DNA of 64,000 bases from Clostridia bacterium. GTDB lineage: Bacteria; Bacillota; Clostridia; Christensenellales; CAG-138. This document shows, piece after piece, positions 18,922-28,439 of the stretch (position 1 is its first letter; each line of letters opens with the position of its first letter). The stretch lies in the NCBI GenBank assembly GCA_017448545.1, contig JAFSLH010000007.1, positions 27,460-91,459 on the forward strand. The letters are read 5' to 3'. A model generated the notes under the pieces. It saw only the letters and a program-made list of their open reading frames with translations. It did no database searches and was not told where the DNA came from. Made by a program: the position numbers and the translations under genes.

Positions 18922-20535
18922 TTACAGCTGAGGTCCTGCCGGCACGAGTGCCTTGCCGGCTTCGTTGCCCTCGTACTTTTTGAAGTTCTTGATGAACCGG
19001 GACGCGAGGTCCTTCGCCTTCTCCTCCCAGACGGACGGATCGGCGTAGGTGTCGCGCGGGTCGAGAATCTTCGGATCGACGCCGGGCAGCGCGGTCGGGA
19101 CTTCAAAGTTGAAGTACGGGATCTGCTTCGTCGGCGCGCTGAGGATGTCGCCGTTCAGGATCGCGTCGATGATGCCGCGCGTGTCCTTGATGGAGATGCG
19201 CTTGCCGGAGCCGTTCCAGCCGGTGTTCACGAGGTACGCCTTTGCGCCGCTCTTTTCCATCTTGCGAACGAGCTCCTCCGCATACTTGGTCGGATGCAGC
19301 TCGAGGAACGCCTGACCGAAGCAGGCCGAGAACGTCGGGGTCGGCTCAGTGATGCCGCGCTCGGTTCCCGCGAGCTTCGCGGTGAAGCCGGACAGGAAGT
19401 AGTACTTCGTCTGGTCGGGCGTCAGCACGGAAACCGGCGGCAGAACGCCGAACGCGTCCGCGCTCAGGAAGATGACGTTCTTCGCGTCCGGGCCGGAGGA
19501 CGTCGGGCGAACCTTCTTGACGATCTTTTCGATGTGCTCGATCGGGTAGGAAACGCGGGTATTCTCGGTGACGGACTTGTCGGCAAAGTCGATCTTGCCG
19601 TTCTCGTCGAGCGTTACGTTCTCCAAGAGCGCGTTGCGGCGGATCGCGTTGTAGATATCCGGTTCGGAATCCTTATCGAGGTTGATGACCTTGGCATAGC
19701 AGCCGCCCTCGAAGTTGAACACGCCGTTGTCGTCCCAGCCGTGCTCGTCGTCGCCGATCAGAAGGCGCTTCGGGTCGGTGGACAGCGTGGTCTTGCCGGT
19801 GCCGGACAGGCCGAAGAAGATCGCCGTGTTCTCGCCGTTCATGTCCGTATTCGCGGAGCAGTGCATCGACGCGATGCCCTGCAGCGGCAGATAGTAGTTC
19901 ATCATCGAGAACATGCCCTTCTTCATCTCGCCGCCGTACCACGTATTCAGGATGACCTGCTCGCGGCTCGTGATGTTGAACACGACGGCGGTTTCGGAAT
20001 TGAGGCCGAGCTCCTTGAAGTTCTCGACCTTGGCCTTCGACGCGGTATAGACGACGAAGTTCGGCTCGAACGCTTCTTCCTCCTCCGGCGTCGGCTGGAT
20101 GAACATGTTGCGGACGAAATGCGCCTGCCATGCGACCTCCATCATGAAGCGCACCGCCATGCGGGTGTCCTTGTTCGCGCCGCAGAACGCGTCCACGACG
20201 TACAGCTTCTTATTGGACAGCTCCTCCTGCGCGAGCTTTTTGACCGCCGCCCAGGTTTCCTCGGAGGCCGGATGGTTGTCGTTCTTGTACGCGTCGGTCG
20301 TCCACCAGACGGTATCCTTGGAATTCTCGTCCATGACCAGGAACTTATCCTTGGGGGAACGGCCGGTATAGATGCCGGTCATCACGTTGACGGCGTCCAG
20401 CTCGGAAAGCTGTCCCTTATCATAGCCGGTCAGCGACGGGTCCATCTCGTCCTGAAACAGCTGCTCATAGGAGGGGTTATAGACGATCTCCGTGGTGCCG
20501 GTGATGCCGTAACGGGTCAGATCCAGCTTCTTCAT
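18922..20535 (-). CDS. pckA: Phosphoenolpyruvate carboxykinase (ATP)
   Basis: ORF 18922..20622, trimmed to ATG 20535 ([27 protein letters not shown]). Kinase-1a motif [11 protein letters not shown]. Full-length PckA pattern. Confidence 0.93.
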   Translation of the reverse strand: MKKLDLTRYGITGTTEIVYNPSYEQLFQDEMDPSLTGYDKGQLSELDAVNVMTGIYTGRSPKDKFLVMDENSKDTVWWTTDAYKNDNHPASEETWAAVKKLAQEELSNKKLYVVDAFCGANKDTRMAVRFMMEVAWQAHFVRNMFIQPTPEEEEAFEPNFVVYTASKAKVENFKELGLNSETAVVFNITSREQVILNTWYGGEMKKGMFSMMNYYLPLQGIASMHCSANTDMNGENTAIFFGLSGTGKTTLSTDPKRLLIGDDEHGWDDNGVFNFEGGCYAKVINLDKDSEPDIYNAIRRNALLENVTLDENGKIDFADKSVTENTRVSYPIEHIEKIVKKVRPTSSGPDAKNVIFLSADAFGVLPPVSVLTPDQTKYYFLSGFTAKLAGTERGITEPTPTFSACFGQAFLELHPTKYAEELVRKMEKSGAKAYLVNTGWNGSGKRISIKDTRGIIDAILNGDILSAPTKQIPYFNFEVPTALPGVDPKILDPRDTYADPSVWEEKAKDLASRFIKNFKKYEGNEAGKALVPAGPQL

Positions 20536-20612
20536 ATGCAATACCTCTTTTCTGAAATAGTACGATGATTTGTTCGGCTGCCTTGGGCAAAAGCCCAACT
20601 TCAACCAAATAC

Positions 20613-20641
20613 AATATACCATCCTTTGCCGAAGCTGTCAA
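20613..20641 (-). promoter_or_regulatory. Sigma-A-type promoter of pckA
   Basis: Minus strand TTGACA (20636-20641), 17 bp, TATATT (20613-20618). Confidence 0.55.
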
Positions 20642-20882
20642 TCCGCCGCGCCCGCTTTCCCGCGTCCTTCACAAATTTTTCACGGGAGAAAAGGGGCTGT
20701 TGATAAGGCAGGCAGAATTCGCGTTTTCGTCCCGAAGGCTGTACTGACGCTACGCCGAGGGTGAAAACGCGGATAATTTGCGGCATATAATCAGAGAAAA
20801 GGCGGATTTTTCCGCCTTTTCCACATACAAGATAAAACAATTCCAATTTGCCGCAAATGGTCTGGTGCCTTTTGCGACAGCC

Positions 20883-21066
20883 CCCCTTGTGAATTCTCGC
20901 TTCGCTCCGTGAATGCGCTCCCGGTGCGAGAAGAAGCAGAATCTTTGTCCCCTTACACAGGGGAGGCATACGGCGAAGCCAATTCACGACCGCGCAGCGG
21001 TCAATTCACGGCGCAGCCAATTCACGCTCTTGCGCAATTGACGACCGCGCCAGCGGTCAATTCACG
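20883..21066. repeat. Intergenic mosaic repeat cluster R2 (modules B, F, D, C x5)
   Basis: CCCTTGTGAATTCTCGCTTCGCTCCGTGAAT. TGCGAGAAGAAGCAGAATCTTT. GTCCCCTTACACAGGGGAGG. CAATTCACG at 20980, 21002, 21018 and 21058, with CAATTGACG at 21035. Confidence 0.9.
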
Positions 21067-21070
21067 CAAC

Positions 21071-21096
21071 AAAAAAGAGGGGGTCTTGCCCCCTCC
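21071..21096 (-). terminator. Intrinsic terminator of the rplU-prp-rpmA operon
   Basis: Minus strand GGAGGGGG-CAAGA-CCCCCTC followed by TTTTTT. Confidence 0.7.
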
Positions 21097-21107
21097 GTTT
21101 GTCTGTG

Positions 21108-21389
21108 TTATTCCGCCGCATAGACGCTGACGGTCTTTTTGCCCGCATGACGGGTTTCGAACTTGACGACGCCGTCGATCTTGGCAAACAGCGTGTCGTC
21201 CTTGCCGATTCCGACGTTCGTGCCGGGATGGAAATGCGTTCCGCGCTGACGAACAAGAATGTTGCCTGCCAGAACCGCCTGACCGTCCGCACGCTTCGGC
21301 CCGAGACGCTTGCTCTCGCTGTCTCTGCCGTTACGGGAAGAACCGACGCCCTTCTTATGCGCAAACAGTTGCAGATTCATCTGAAACAT
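21108..21389 (-). CDS. rpmA: 50S ribosomal protein L27 (with Prp-cleavable N-terminal extension)
   Basis: [30 protein letters not shown]. The Firmicute-type propeptide ends in ..QLF/AHKKG. Confidence 0.93.
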   Translation of the reverse strand: MFQMNLQLFAHKKGVGSSRNGRDSESKRLGPKRADGQAVLAGNILVRQRGTHFHPGTNVGIGKDDTLFAKIDGVVKFETRHAGKKTVSVYAAE

Positions 21390-21393
21390 GATG

Positions 21394-21729
21394 TTAAACC
21401 TCCTTGCTCCGAAATTTGAGGGTCCCCGGGTACGCCGCCTGAATGGACCGAAGCCCCGCCAGCATCGTGTTTAGCACGACGGCGGCTTTTTCGATCTCTT
21501 CCGGGCTCGTATCCCGATCGAGGATGCAGGACGTGTCTCCTTCTTGAACGGAGACGCCTGCGTTCAGGTTCAATACTTCGACGATGCCGAGGATCGCCGT
21601 CTGCACCACGGCGGATACCGCCGCGCAGACGAGGTCTTCCCCGTACTCGCCCCGATTCGCATGCCCCGTGACCGAAAACCCGACCGGGTTTTCCGCTTCA
21701 CGCAGCACCGTAACGGTAATCATGATCAA
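21394..21729 (-). CDS. prp: Ribosomal-processing cysteine protease Prp
   Basis: 111-aa ORF lying between rplU and rpmA. GH....[10 protein letters not shown] motif typical of Prp/YsxB. Confidence 0.85.
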   Translation of the reverse strand: MIMITVTVLREAENPVGFSVTGHANRGEYGEDLVCAAVSAVVQTAILGIVEVLNLNAGVSVQEGDTSCILDRDTSPEEIEKAAVVLNTMLAGLRSIQAAYPGTLKFRSKEV

Positions 21730-22031
21730 CCGATCGCGGTGATCGCGACCTTGGTGAACGGCTGACGATGACCGCGCTTTTTGCGGATGTTCTTCTTCGG
21801 CTTATACTTGAAGACGATAACCTTCTTGCCCTTGCCGTGCTCCAGAACCTTCGCCGTTGCCTTAACGCCTTCCACGACGGGCTTGCCGACCGTAACGGTC
21901 TCGCCGTCCGCGACGAGCAGAACGTCCAGTGCAACTTCGGAACCGACTTCCGCATCCAGCTTTTCGACCAGAACTTCGTCGCCGACCGCAACTTTATACT
22001 GCTTCCCACCGGTCTGAATGATTGCGTACAT
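21726..22031 (-). CDS. rplU: 50S ribosomal protein L21
   Basis: [25 protein letters not shown]... is a canonical L21. Confidence 0.93.
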   Translation of the reverse strand: MYAIIQTGGKQYKVAVGDEVLVEKLDAEVGSEVALDVLLVADGETVTVGKPVVEGVKATAKVLEHGKGKKVIVFKYKPKKNIRKKRGHRQPFTKVAITAIG

Positions 22032-22117
22032 GATGTGCTTCCTCCTTCTTCCCAGACTCGCTCAAATACGGTGATGCGATTTTTCGCACACTTAAATACC
22101 GCTCCGACGCGGCTTAC
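22032..22117 (-). promoter_or_regulatory. 5' leader of rplU (possible L21-leader-type autoregulatory RNA)
   Basis: About 90-nt leader between a perfect promoter and the rplU RBS. Firmicutes are known to carry an L21 leader, but I could not verify the motif by eye. Confidence 0.3.
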
Positions 22118-22123
22118 CGGTCG

Positions 22124-22152
22124 ATTATAGCACCCCGCCCTTCGGCTGTCAA
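22124..22152 (-). promoter_or_regulatory. Consensus sigma-A promoter of rplU operon
   Basis: Minus strand TTGACA (22147-22152), 17 bp, TATAAT (22124-22129). Confidence 0.7.
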
Positions 22153-22153
22153 T

Positions 22154-22190
22154 CAAAAAATTCCGAAAAAACCGACTGTTTTTCGGAATT
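22154..22190 (-). terminator. Intrinsic terminator after dapB
   Basis: AATTCCGAAAAA / TTTTTCGGAATT 12-bp arms, with a T-run on the minus strand. Confidence 0.65.
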
Positions 22191-22221
22191 TTACCGGTTT
22201 TTGAAGCGTTCCATCGCGGGG

Positions 22222-22983
22222 TTATCCCATTTCCCGGACAAGGTCCTGCATGTCGTACCGACCGGCCGGTTTTTCCGCAAGGTACAGCGCCGCCCGCAGC
22301 GCGCCGGTTGCGAACACGCCCTTGGAAAACGCCTGATGCCGGATCGTGATTTCCTCATCGCTGCCGAGGAACCGCACCTCGTGCTCCCCGACGATCGTGC
22401 CGCCGCGCAGACTGTGGACGCCGATCTCGTTCGGCTCGCGCCGCCGCGCCGCGTCGTGCCGCCCGTAGACGCAATGCATCGGTTCACGGGACGCTTCGAG
22501 GATCGTTTCCGCGAGCATCTTAGCCGTGCCGCTCGGCGCGTCCAGCTTGCGGTTGTGGTGCGTTTCGACGATCTCCACGTCGAACCCGTCGCCGAGCGAG
22601 ATGCGCGCCCGCCGGCAGAGCTCCTGCATCAGGTACACGCCGATCGACATGTTCCCGGAGCGAAACACCGGAATGACCTTCGCCGCTTCTTCGACCGCCC
22701 GCAAATCTTCTTCGGTCAGTCCCGTCGTGCAGAGCACAAGCGGTTTTTTCCGCTCGACGCACAGCGCCAGAATCCGCATCGCCGCGGCCGGAACCGAAAA
22801 GTCGATCGCGACGTCAAAATCGGTCTGCACCGCGTCCGGGCTCGCATACACCGGGACGGACAGCGACGCGCCGACCGGGTCGACGCCGCAGACGAGCTCG
22901 ATTTCTTCCGCATACGAGGGCAGCGTCCGAAGCACCGCCTGCCCCATCTGCCCCGCGATTCCGTTCAACAAAAGCCGCACCAT
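22222..22983 (-). CDS. dapB: 4-hydroxy-tetrahydrodipicolinate reductase
   Basis: 253-aa ORF with N-terminal GIAGQMG Rossmann motif and E.HH..K.DAPSGTA block. Lies downstream of dapA. Confidence 0.9.
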   Translation of the reverse strand: MVRLLLNGIAGQMGQAVLRTLPSYAEEIELVCGVDPVGASLSVPVYASPDAVQTDFDVAIDFSVPAAAMRILALCVERKKPLVLCTTGLTEEDLRAVEEAAKVIPVFRSGNMSIGVYLMQELCRRARISLGDGFDVEIVETHHNRKLDAPSGTAKMLAETILEASREPMHCVYGRHDAARRREPNEIGVHSLRGGTIVGEHEVRFLGSDEEITIRHQAFSKGVFATGALRAALYLAEKPAGRYDMQDLVREMG

Positions 22984-22990
22984 AGGCGCC

Positions 22991-23869
22991 TCACAGCATA
23001 TCCGCGTCGCGCAGAACGCGTTCCATGTATTCGTAATGCTCCAGCGACGGCTTGATCAGCGGCAGCCGGACTTCCGGGTCGCACAGCTTGAGGATGCCCA
23101 TCATCGTTTTGATCGGGATCGGGTTGACCTCGCAGAACGCGGCCTGCTGGATCGGCAGCATCGCCAGCTGCAGACGGCGCGCCTCGGCGATATCGCCCTC
23201 GAAGAACGCCTGACACATCAGATGCACGACCTCCGGAATGATGTTCGCGACCGTCGAGATCACGCCCTTGCCGCCGATCGACAGGATCGGGACGACGTGG
23301 TCGTCGTTGCCGGAATACAGATCGCAGTCCGGACAGAGCGCCGCAAGCCTGACGATCTGCTCGATGTTGCCGCTCGCTTCCTTGACGCCGACGATGTTGC
23401 TGTTTGCATCCATCATCTTGCGGAACGTTTCGGGCAGCAGGTTCAGCCCCGTGCGCGAGGGAACGTTATACGCAATGATCGGAATACGCACCTGCTCCGC
23501 GATCGCGGAATAATGCGCGACAAGCCCGTCCTGCGTCGTCTTGTTGTAATACGGCGTTACGATCAGAAGACCGTCCGCGCCGACCGCTTCCGCAAAGCGG
23601 CTGCGTTCGATGACCTCCTCGGTATTGTTGCCGCCGGTGCCGACGATCACGGGGAGCCGGTTGGAAACGCGCTCCACGATAAACCGCGTCAGTTCCTCGC
23701 GCTCATCGTCCCGCAGCGTCGACGCTTCCGCCGTCGTGCCGAGCGCCACAATCGCGTCCGTGCCCGCCGCGATCTGCAGCTCGATGATGCGTTCCAATGC
23801 ATGATAGTCGATCGCGCCGTTGCGGAACGGGGTAATCAATGCGACCGCTGAGCCCTGAAAAATGCTCAT
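22991..23869 (-). CDS. dapA: 4-hydroxy-tetrahydrodipicolinate synthase
   Basis: ORF 22991..23914, trimmed to ATG 23869 (MSIFQGSAVALITPF) with a GGAGG RBS. DapA motifs GTTAE and YNVPSRTG. Confidence 0.92.
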   Translation of the reverse strand: MSIFQGSAVALITPFRNGAIDYHALERIIELQIAAGTDAIVALGTTAEASTLRDDEREELTRFIVERVSNRLPVIVGTGGNNTEEVIERSRFAEAVGADGLLIVTPYYNKTTQDGLVAHYSAIAEQVRIPIIAYNVPSRTGLNLLPETFRKMMDANSNIVGVKEASGNIEQIVRLAALCPDCDLYSGNDDHVVPILSIGGKGVISTVANIIPEVVHLMCQAFFEGDIAEARRLQLAMLPIQQAAFCEVNPIPIKTMMGILKLCDPEVRLPLIKPSLEHYEYMERVLRDADML

Positions 23870-23940
23870 ACCAGTACCTCCATGAGGGGAAAAATCGTCC
23901 TTCCGGCCAAACAAGCCGGTATCTATACTGCTACGAATAT

Positions 23941-23969
23941 ACTATATCACCGGCCGGCGCGCTTGTCAA
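23941..23969 (-). promoter_or_regulatory. Sigma-A-type promoter of dapA-dapB
   Basis: Minus strand TTGACA (23964-23969), 17 bp, TATAGT (23941-23946). Confidence 0.55.
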
Positions 23970-23997
23970 TTCTGCCACATGTAAACGTTCCTTGACA

Positions 23998-24897
23998 TTA
24001 CGCCCCCTCCGGCGCCCAGCCCGAAACGGTATGCTCCGTTTCGGCGGCGGCGTAGGCGATCCCCTCCGCGAGGTACGGCAGCGCCGCCATCGCCTGCGCG
24101 AGCGTGTTGCCGTTGTGCCCGACCTCCACGAGCAGACAGTACGCGCCGACGTGCTGATTGTAGCGGCCCGCTTTTTCGCGGATCGGCCGGGCCAGCTTCG
24201 GGTCGATTCCGTTGAGGTATGCCGTCACGCGCTCCGCAAAGCGGCGGCTCGTCTCATAAAACGGCTTGTCCGCGTACTCGTCCCCGCGTCCGACGACGAA
24301 CATCAGCCGCGCGACCGCCTGTCCGTTGACCGTGACGAAATCCGTCGGCTCGGTCGGATCGCTGCCGCAGGCGTCGCGGTGCAGGTCGATGAACAGCTCG
24401 ATCGACGGGTACGCCGCCGCATAGGCGCGCATCGTCTGCTCGCTGCGCTCGTAGGCGGAAGACAGCTTCGGCGGTTCGTGATCCGTCGTATCGTGCAGCA
24501 CCGAAAACCCGTACTCGGTTTCCAGAATCTCCTTCAGCCGTTCCCCGACCGCGACGACGCTCTGCGTCGTGTCCGCGGTGCGCCAGGCCGACGTTTTGCG
24601 ATACGGCGCGTCCACGGTCGGAAAATACGCTTCGGTCGTATGCGTGTGGTAGATCAGGATTTTCGGCTCCGCGCCGCGCAATCTGAGCCCGGTCGCATAG
24701 CCGGCATACGCCGCCGTGAGCGAAGGAACCGCGGTCGGCGCAATCGTCGGCTCCGGCGAAACTTCGATCACCGCGGCGGTCGGAACGGCGGCCTGTCCTC
24801 TTGCGAGCATGACGCCCGCCGCAAAGCAGAGTACGGCCCAAAGACCGAAGACCGGCAGCAGGATCGGCCTCTTAGCGCCGCGTTTTTTTCGATGCAT
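23998..24897 (-). CDS. spoIIP: Stage II sporulation protein P
   Basis: 299-aa ORF with N-terminal TM helix, the ILIYHTHTTEAY motif and an amidase-like fold signature. Adjacent to gpr, as in many Firmicutes. Confidence 0.8.
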   Translation of the reverse strand: MHRKKRGAKRPILLPVFGLWAVLCFAAGVMLARGQAAVPTAAVIEVSPEPTIAPTAVPSLTAAYAGYATGLRLRGAEPKILIYHTHTTEAYFPTVDAPYRKTSAWRTADTTQSVVAVGERLKEILETEYGFSVLHDTTDHEPPKLSSAYERSEQTMRAYAAAYPSIELFIDLHRDACGSDPTEPTDFVTVNGQAVARLMFVVGRGDEYADKPFYETSRRFAERVTAYLNGIDPKLARPIREKAGRYNQHVGAYCLLVEVGHNGNTLAQAMAALPYLAEGIAYAAAETEHTVSGWAPEGA

Positions 24898-24939
24898 ATT
24901 CGATACCTCCCGGTTTACGGTATGCGCCGGCGCAGCCGA

Positions 24940-25758
24940 TTATTGCAGGAGATTTTGCAGAACGGATAGGTTCTTTGCGTGCAGCGCCCGGTTGACCGTC
25001 TCCGCGAGCAGTTTCGACGCGTTTTTCACGATCAGATCCACGTCCTTCGGCGTGACGAACAGTTCCTCCGCCGCGTTCCCGCCGAGCGCGGACGCGCCGA
25101 CGACGAGCGGCATCCCGAGCGCGATCACCGGAATGCCGGTCGTTTCCCGGTTCAGCACCGCGCGGAAATTCCCGACGCCCGCGCCGGGCGCGATGCCGGT
25201 ATCGTTCATCTGCAGCACGGTCGCAAGATGCTCCGGCACGTCCGCCGCGAGCGAATCCACGACCACCATCGCCGCGGGCCGCAGCCGCGCCGCGACCGCG
25301 GACACGATCTCGACCGTTTCGATCCCGGTCACGCCGAGCACGCCGGCGCAGAACGAACAGACCGGGCGCGTATCGGGCGGCAGCACGTCCAAAAAAGCGC
25401 GGCGCAGGTGCCGCGTCACGAGAATGTGTTCCGCCGTTTTCGTGCCGAGCGCGTCCGCCGTGATGTACCGGTTGCCGAGCCCCACGACGAGCACCGTCCC
25501 GGTTTCGGGCAGCAGCGCGGAAAGCTCCTCCGCCGCAAACTGCGCCGCACGGGTAAGCCGGTCGCGCTCGAACAGCGTTTCGCGCGGCATCGTGACCGAA
25601 AAATATCGCCCGATCGGCTTGTCGAGCCGCCGCGCCGCCGCCTCGGTTCGCACCGTAATCCGCTCGCAAACGAGTCCGTTCTCCTCCCGCACCGTTTCCG
25701 TCACGCCGCGCAGCTTCGGATTTGCCGCGCGCGATTCCGTCGCCAGGTCCGTCCGCAT
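24940..25758 (-). CDS. gpr: Germination protease (GPR endopeptidase)
   Basis: MRTDLATESRA.. N-terminus and 272-aa length are typical of clostridial Gpr. Synteny with spoIIP. Confidence 0.85.
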   Translation of the reverse strand: MRTDLATESRAANPKLRGVTETVREENGLVCERITVRTEAAARRLDKPIGRYFSVTMPRETLFERDRLTRAAQFAAEELSALLPETGTVLVVGLGNRYITADALGTKTAEHILVTRHLRRAFLDVLPPDTRPVCSFCAGVLGVTGIETVEIVSAVAARLRPAAMVVVDSLAADVPEHLATVLQMNDTGIAPGAGVGNFRAVLNRETTGIPVIALGMPLVVGASALGGNAAEELFVTPKDVDLIVKNASKLLAETVNRALHAKNLSVLQNLLQ

Positions 25759-25782
25759 TCGTGTTCCTCCTTATGAAATAAC

Positions 25783-25871
25783 TTTCGCCGCAGGCGAAAT
25801 CATAACTGTAAACTCTAAACTGTAAACTCTAAACCGGAAACAGAGCTGTTCAAAGCGCCTTTGAACAGCTC
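25783..25871. repeat. Intergenic mosaic repeat cluster R3 (modules H, G heptads x4, A)
   Basis: TTTCGCC-GCA-GGCGAAA. CTGTAAA CTCTAAA CTGTAAA CTCTAAA at 25806-25833. GAGCTGTTCAAAGCGCCTTTGAACAGCTC. Confidence 0.9.
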
Positions 25872-25895
25872 CGATACTCTATTTTGTGCCGTTTT

Positions 25896-27374
25896 TCAGA
25901 GCGTGATGCAGATCAGGCCGTTGCAGTTGCTGTTGACGATCTGCTGGATCGCGCCCTGCATCTTCTGCTGCACCTCGTCGTTCATGCCGTTCACCTTGCC
26001 GCGCATTCCCTCGAGCACGAGATCGTAGAGCGACTTGCCGAACAGGTTCGTTTCCCAGATCGCGTTCGGGTCGCCCTCGAACGTATCGTTCAGGTAGCGC
26101 AGCAGCGCTTCGCTCTGCTGTTCGGTGCCGACGATCGGGTTGACCTCGCTGTCGATATCGACGCGCACGATGTGCAGTCCGCTCGCCCGCGCGTGCAGCT
26201 TCACGCCGAACTTGCTGCCCTGCCGCACGATTTCGGGATCGAGCAGCTCCATTTCCGCCGGTTCGGGCGGCACGATGCCGTAGCCGGTCTGCTTCGCCTT
26301 TTCGAGCGCGTCGGAGATCCGGTCGTACGCCTTTTTCGCCGCGACGAACCCGGAGATTGCGGACATCAGCTCGTAATCGTCGCGGATCTCACAGCCGCAC
26401 GCCTCGGTCAGCACCGAATAGAACACGCCCTCCTCGGGCCGCATCGCAACGACCGCCGTCCCGTCGCCGAGCGAGAGCGATTCGAGCAGCGCGGGCCGGA
26501 ACCCCTCCGGCTCGGACAGGCACGCGATCACGCGGTCCACGTCCCGCACGGCGCGCACCGAGGGCAGCAGCGCTTTCAGCGGTTCCAGAATCCGCTGCAG
26601 CAGCGGGTTTTCGGGCGGGAGCGCGCGCAGGTACGACGGCAGCGAAACGTTCAGCAGCTTCAGCGGGAACGCATAGAGCATCCCGGTCAGAAGCTCCGAA
26701 AGCGTCTTTTCCCCGAGCTGCAGAAGGTTCAGCACCAGCGGCTCGACGCCGAACGTTTCGCGCAGATAGTCCGCCGTCTCCTCGGCGGCCGCGCCGTCCG
26801 GCGCAGCGGAATTGACGACGACCAGATACGGCTTCTTCGTCGCCTGCACGTCGCGGATCGCCTGCGCTTCCGCGCCGAGATAGCTTTCGCGCCCAAGCTC
26901 CGTGATCGTTCCGTCCGTCGTGATCACGATCCCGACCGTCGCATGCTCGGCGATGACCTTTCGCGTTCCGATCTCCGCCGCCTCGGCAAACGGAATATCG
27001 CGGTCGAACCACGGCGTCGTGACCATCCGCGTTTCGCCGTTCTCGGTCAGACCGGCCGCGTCCGGCACGACATAGCCGACGCAGTCGACGAGCCGCACCG
27101 AGCAGGTCACGTTTTCATCCAGCTGAATCTCCACCGCTTCGCTCGGCACGAACCGCGGCTGCGTCGTCATGACCGTGCGCCCCGCGCCGCTTTGCGGCAG
27201 TTCGTCGATCACCCGCGCCCGCACATATTCGTTTTCGATGTTCGGCAGCAGGAGCAGTTCCGAAAACCGCTTGATAAAGGTCGACTTGCCGGTTCGCACC
27301 GGGCCGACCACGCCGATATAAATATCCCCCTGCGTCCGTTTTGCAATATCCTGATAAAGCTGTGCTTTGTCCAT
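25896..27374 (-). CDS. spoIVA: Stage IV sporulation protein A
   Basis: 492 aa. DIYIGVVGPVRTGKSTFIKRF Walker A and highly conserved SpoIVA blocks throughout. Confidence 0.92.
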   Translation of the reverse strand: MDKAQLYQDIAKRTQGDIYIGVVGPVRTGKSTFIKRFSELLLLPNIENEYVRARVIDELPQSGAGRTVMTTQPRFVPSEAVEIQLDENVTCSVRLVDCVGYVVPDAAGLTENGETRMVTTPWFDRDIPFAEAAEIGTRKVIAEHATVGIVITTDGTITELGRESYLGAEAQAIRDVQATKKPYLVVVNSAAPDGAAAEETADYLRETFGVEPLVLNLLQLGEKTLSELLTGMLYAFPLKLLNVSLPSYLRALPPENPLLQRILEPLKALLPSVRAVRDVDRVIACLSEPEGFRPALLESLSLGDGTAVVAMRPEEGVFYSVLTEACGCEIRDDYELMSAISGFVAAKKAYDRISDALEKAKQTGYGIVPPEPAEMELLDPEIVRQGSKFGVKLHARASGLHIVRVDIDSEVNPIVGTEQQSEALLRYLNDTFEGDPNAIWETNLFGKSLYDLVLEGMRGKVNGMNDEVQQKMQGAIQQIVNSNCNGLICITL

Positions 27375-27543
27375 ACCGTCCTCCCGCCGTTTGTTTTTCT
27401 CACCACACTATATGCGTCGGCTTCCCGCCATATGCGGACCGCGGCGAAAACCCGACCTTCCCGAAATATTGTTTTTCGATAGGAATCCATTGACGAACAA
27501 TCCGGGGTATGGTATGATGGCGAAAAAGTCAGGGAGGAACCGT

Positions 27544-28002
27544 ATGCTTCGCATCGACCGGCGTCTTTCGGTGACGCTGTCCTATATCTGTTGTGCGCTC
27601 GCCTTTTTCGGCGTTCTGGGGCTCGCCATCGCCCTTCCGTTCTTCCGCAGCGAGACGGTTCCGTTTTTCGCCAACCAGGATCGCTTCGGCGTGCTGAACT
27701 ACATCCTCGAGTACGCGATCCTCGCGCTCGTGCTGCTGGCGACCGTCTGCCTCGTTCTGCTGCTGAACAACGTACGCGCCGGCGCGATCTTTACCGACGC
27801 GAGCGTGCAGCTGCTGCGCGTGATCTCCTGGGCTTCGCTGCTTGCGGGCGCGATCTGCGTGCCGCTGAGCTTTCTGATCGAGTGGGACGTGCTGCTCGCA
27901 ATTGCGTTTGTCGGTCTGTTCCTCGGCGTCGTGCTGCGCGTCGTGAAGAATGTGATCGAAGAAGGCACGGCGATCAAAGCCGAAAACGACGGAACCATCT
28001 GA
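27544..28002 (+). CDS. DUF2975-like membrane protein (partner of YozG-type HTH regulator)
   Basis: ORF 27367..28002, trimmed to ATG 27544, preceded by AGGGAGG. Four predicted TM helices. Immediately followed by a short XRE HTH gene, a recurrent gene pair. Confidence 0.6.
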   Translation: MLRIDRRLSVTLSYICCALAFFGVLGLAIALPFFRSETVPFFANQDRFGVLNYILEYAILALVLLATVCLVLLLNNVRAGAIFTDASVQLLRVISWASLLAGAICVPLSFLIEWDVLLAIAFVGLFLGVVLRVVKNVIEEGTAIKAENDGTI

Positions 28003-28010
28003 GGTGGCGT

Positions 28011-28238
28011 ATGATTATTGTGGATCTTGACGTGATGATGGCGAGACGGAAGATGTCGCTGAACGAACTCAGCGCGCGCGTCGGCATTACGCTGGCGAAT
28101 CTTTCGATCCTGAAGAACAACAAGGCGCGCGCCGTCCGGTTTACGACGCTGAATGCGATCTGCCGCGCGCTGAACTGCGACGTGCAGGATATTTTGCGCT
28201 ACGAGCCGGACGATCCGAACGCGCCGGAAGAACCGTAA
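28011..28238 (+). CDS. Short XRE-family HTH transcriptional regulator (YozG-like)
   Basis: 75 aa starting at ATG 28011 (GAGGTGG RBS): MIIVDLDVMMARRKMSLNELSARVGITLANLSILKNNKARAVRFTTLNAICRALNC. Confidence 0.8.
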   Translation: MIIVDLDVMMARRKMSLNELSARVGITLANLSILKNNKARAVRFTTLNAICRALNCDVQDILRYEPDDPNAPEEP

Positions 28239-28252
28239 CCCAGCGAATACAG

Positions 28253-28277
28253 CCCTCCCCCGGCGGGAGGGTTTTTT
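28253..28277 (+). terminator. Intrinsic terminator after the DUF2975/HTH pair
   Basis: CCCTCCC-CCGGC-GGGAGGG followed by TTTTTT. Confidence 0.75.
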
Positions 28278-28439
28278 ATGCAAAAAACAAAAAGACGAAA
28301 CCGCAGCAAACGGTTCGTCCCTTCCGGCGGGTCATAGGCGCCCGCAAGCGGCCGCCCCGCAATCGGCCGCGCCGCGAGATAGGCGCCGCGTCCTGCGATT
28401 CATAGTCTTTGTCCTGCGCCGGGTACGGATCCTTCGGTC

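Noticed and set aside
20601-20987. 128-aa minus-strand ORF (..PPLCKGTKILLL..SEARIHKGG..)
   Set aside because: It is assembled from translated intergenic repeat modules (B, D, F). It has no RBS, and it crosses the pckA promoter and a hairpin terminator.
20980-21066. CAATTCACG arrays as a possible CRISPR array
   Set aside because: The repeat unit is only 9 bp and the spacers are 7-14 bp. Many spacers are similar to one another, and there are no cas genes. This is not a CRISPR architecture.
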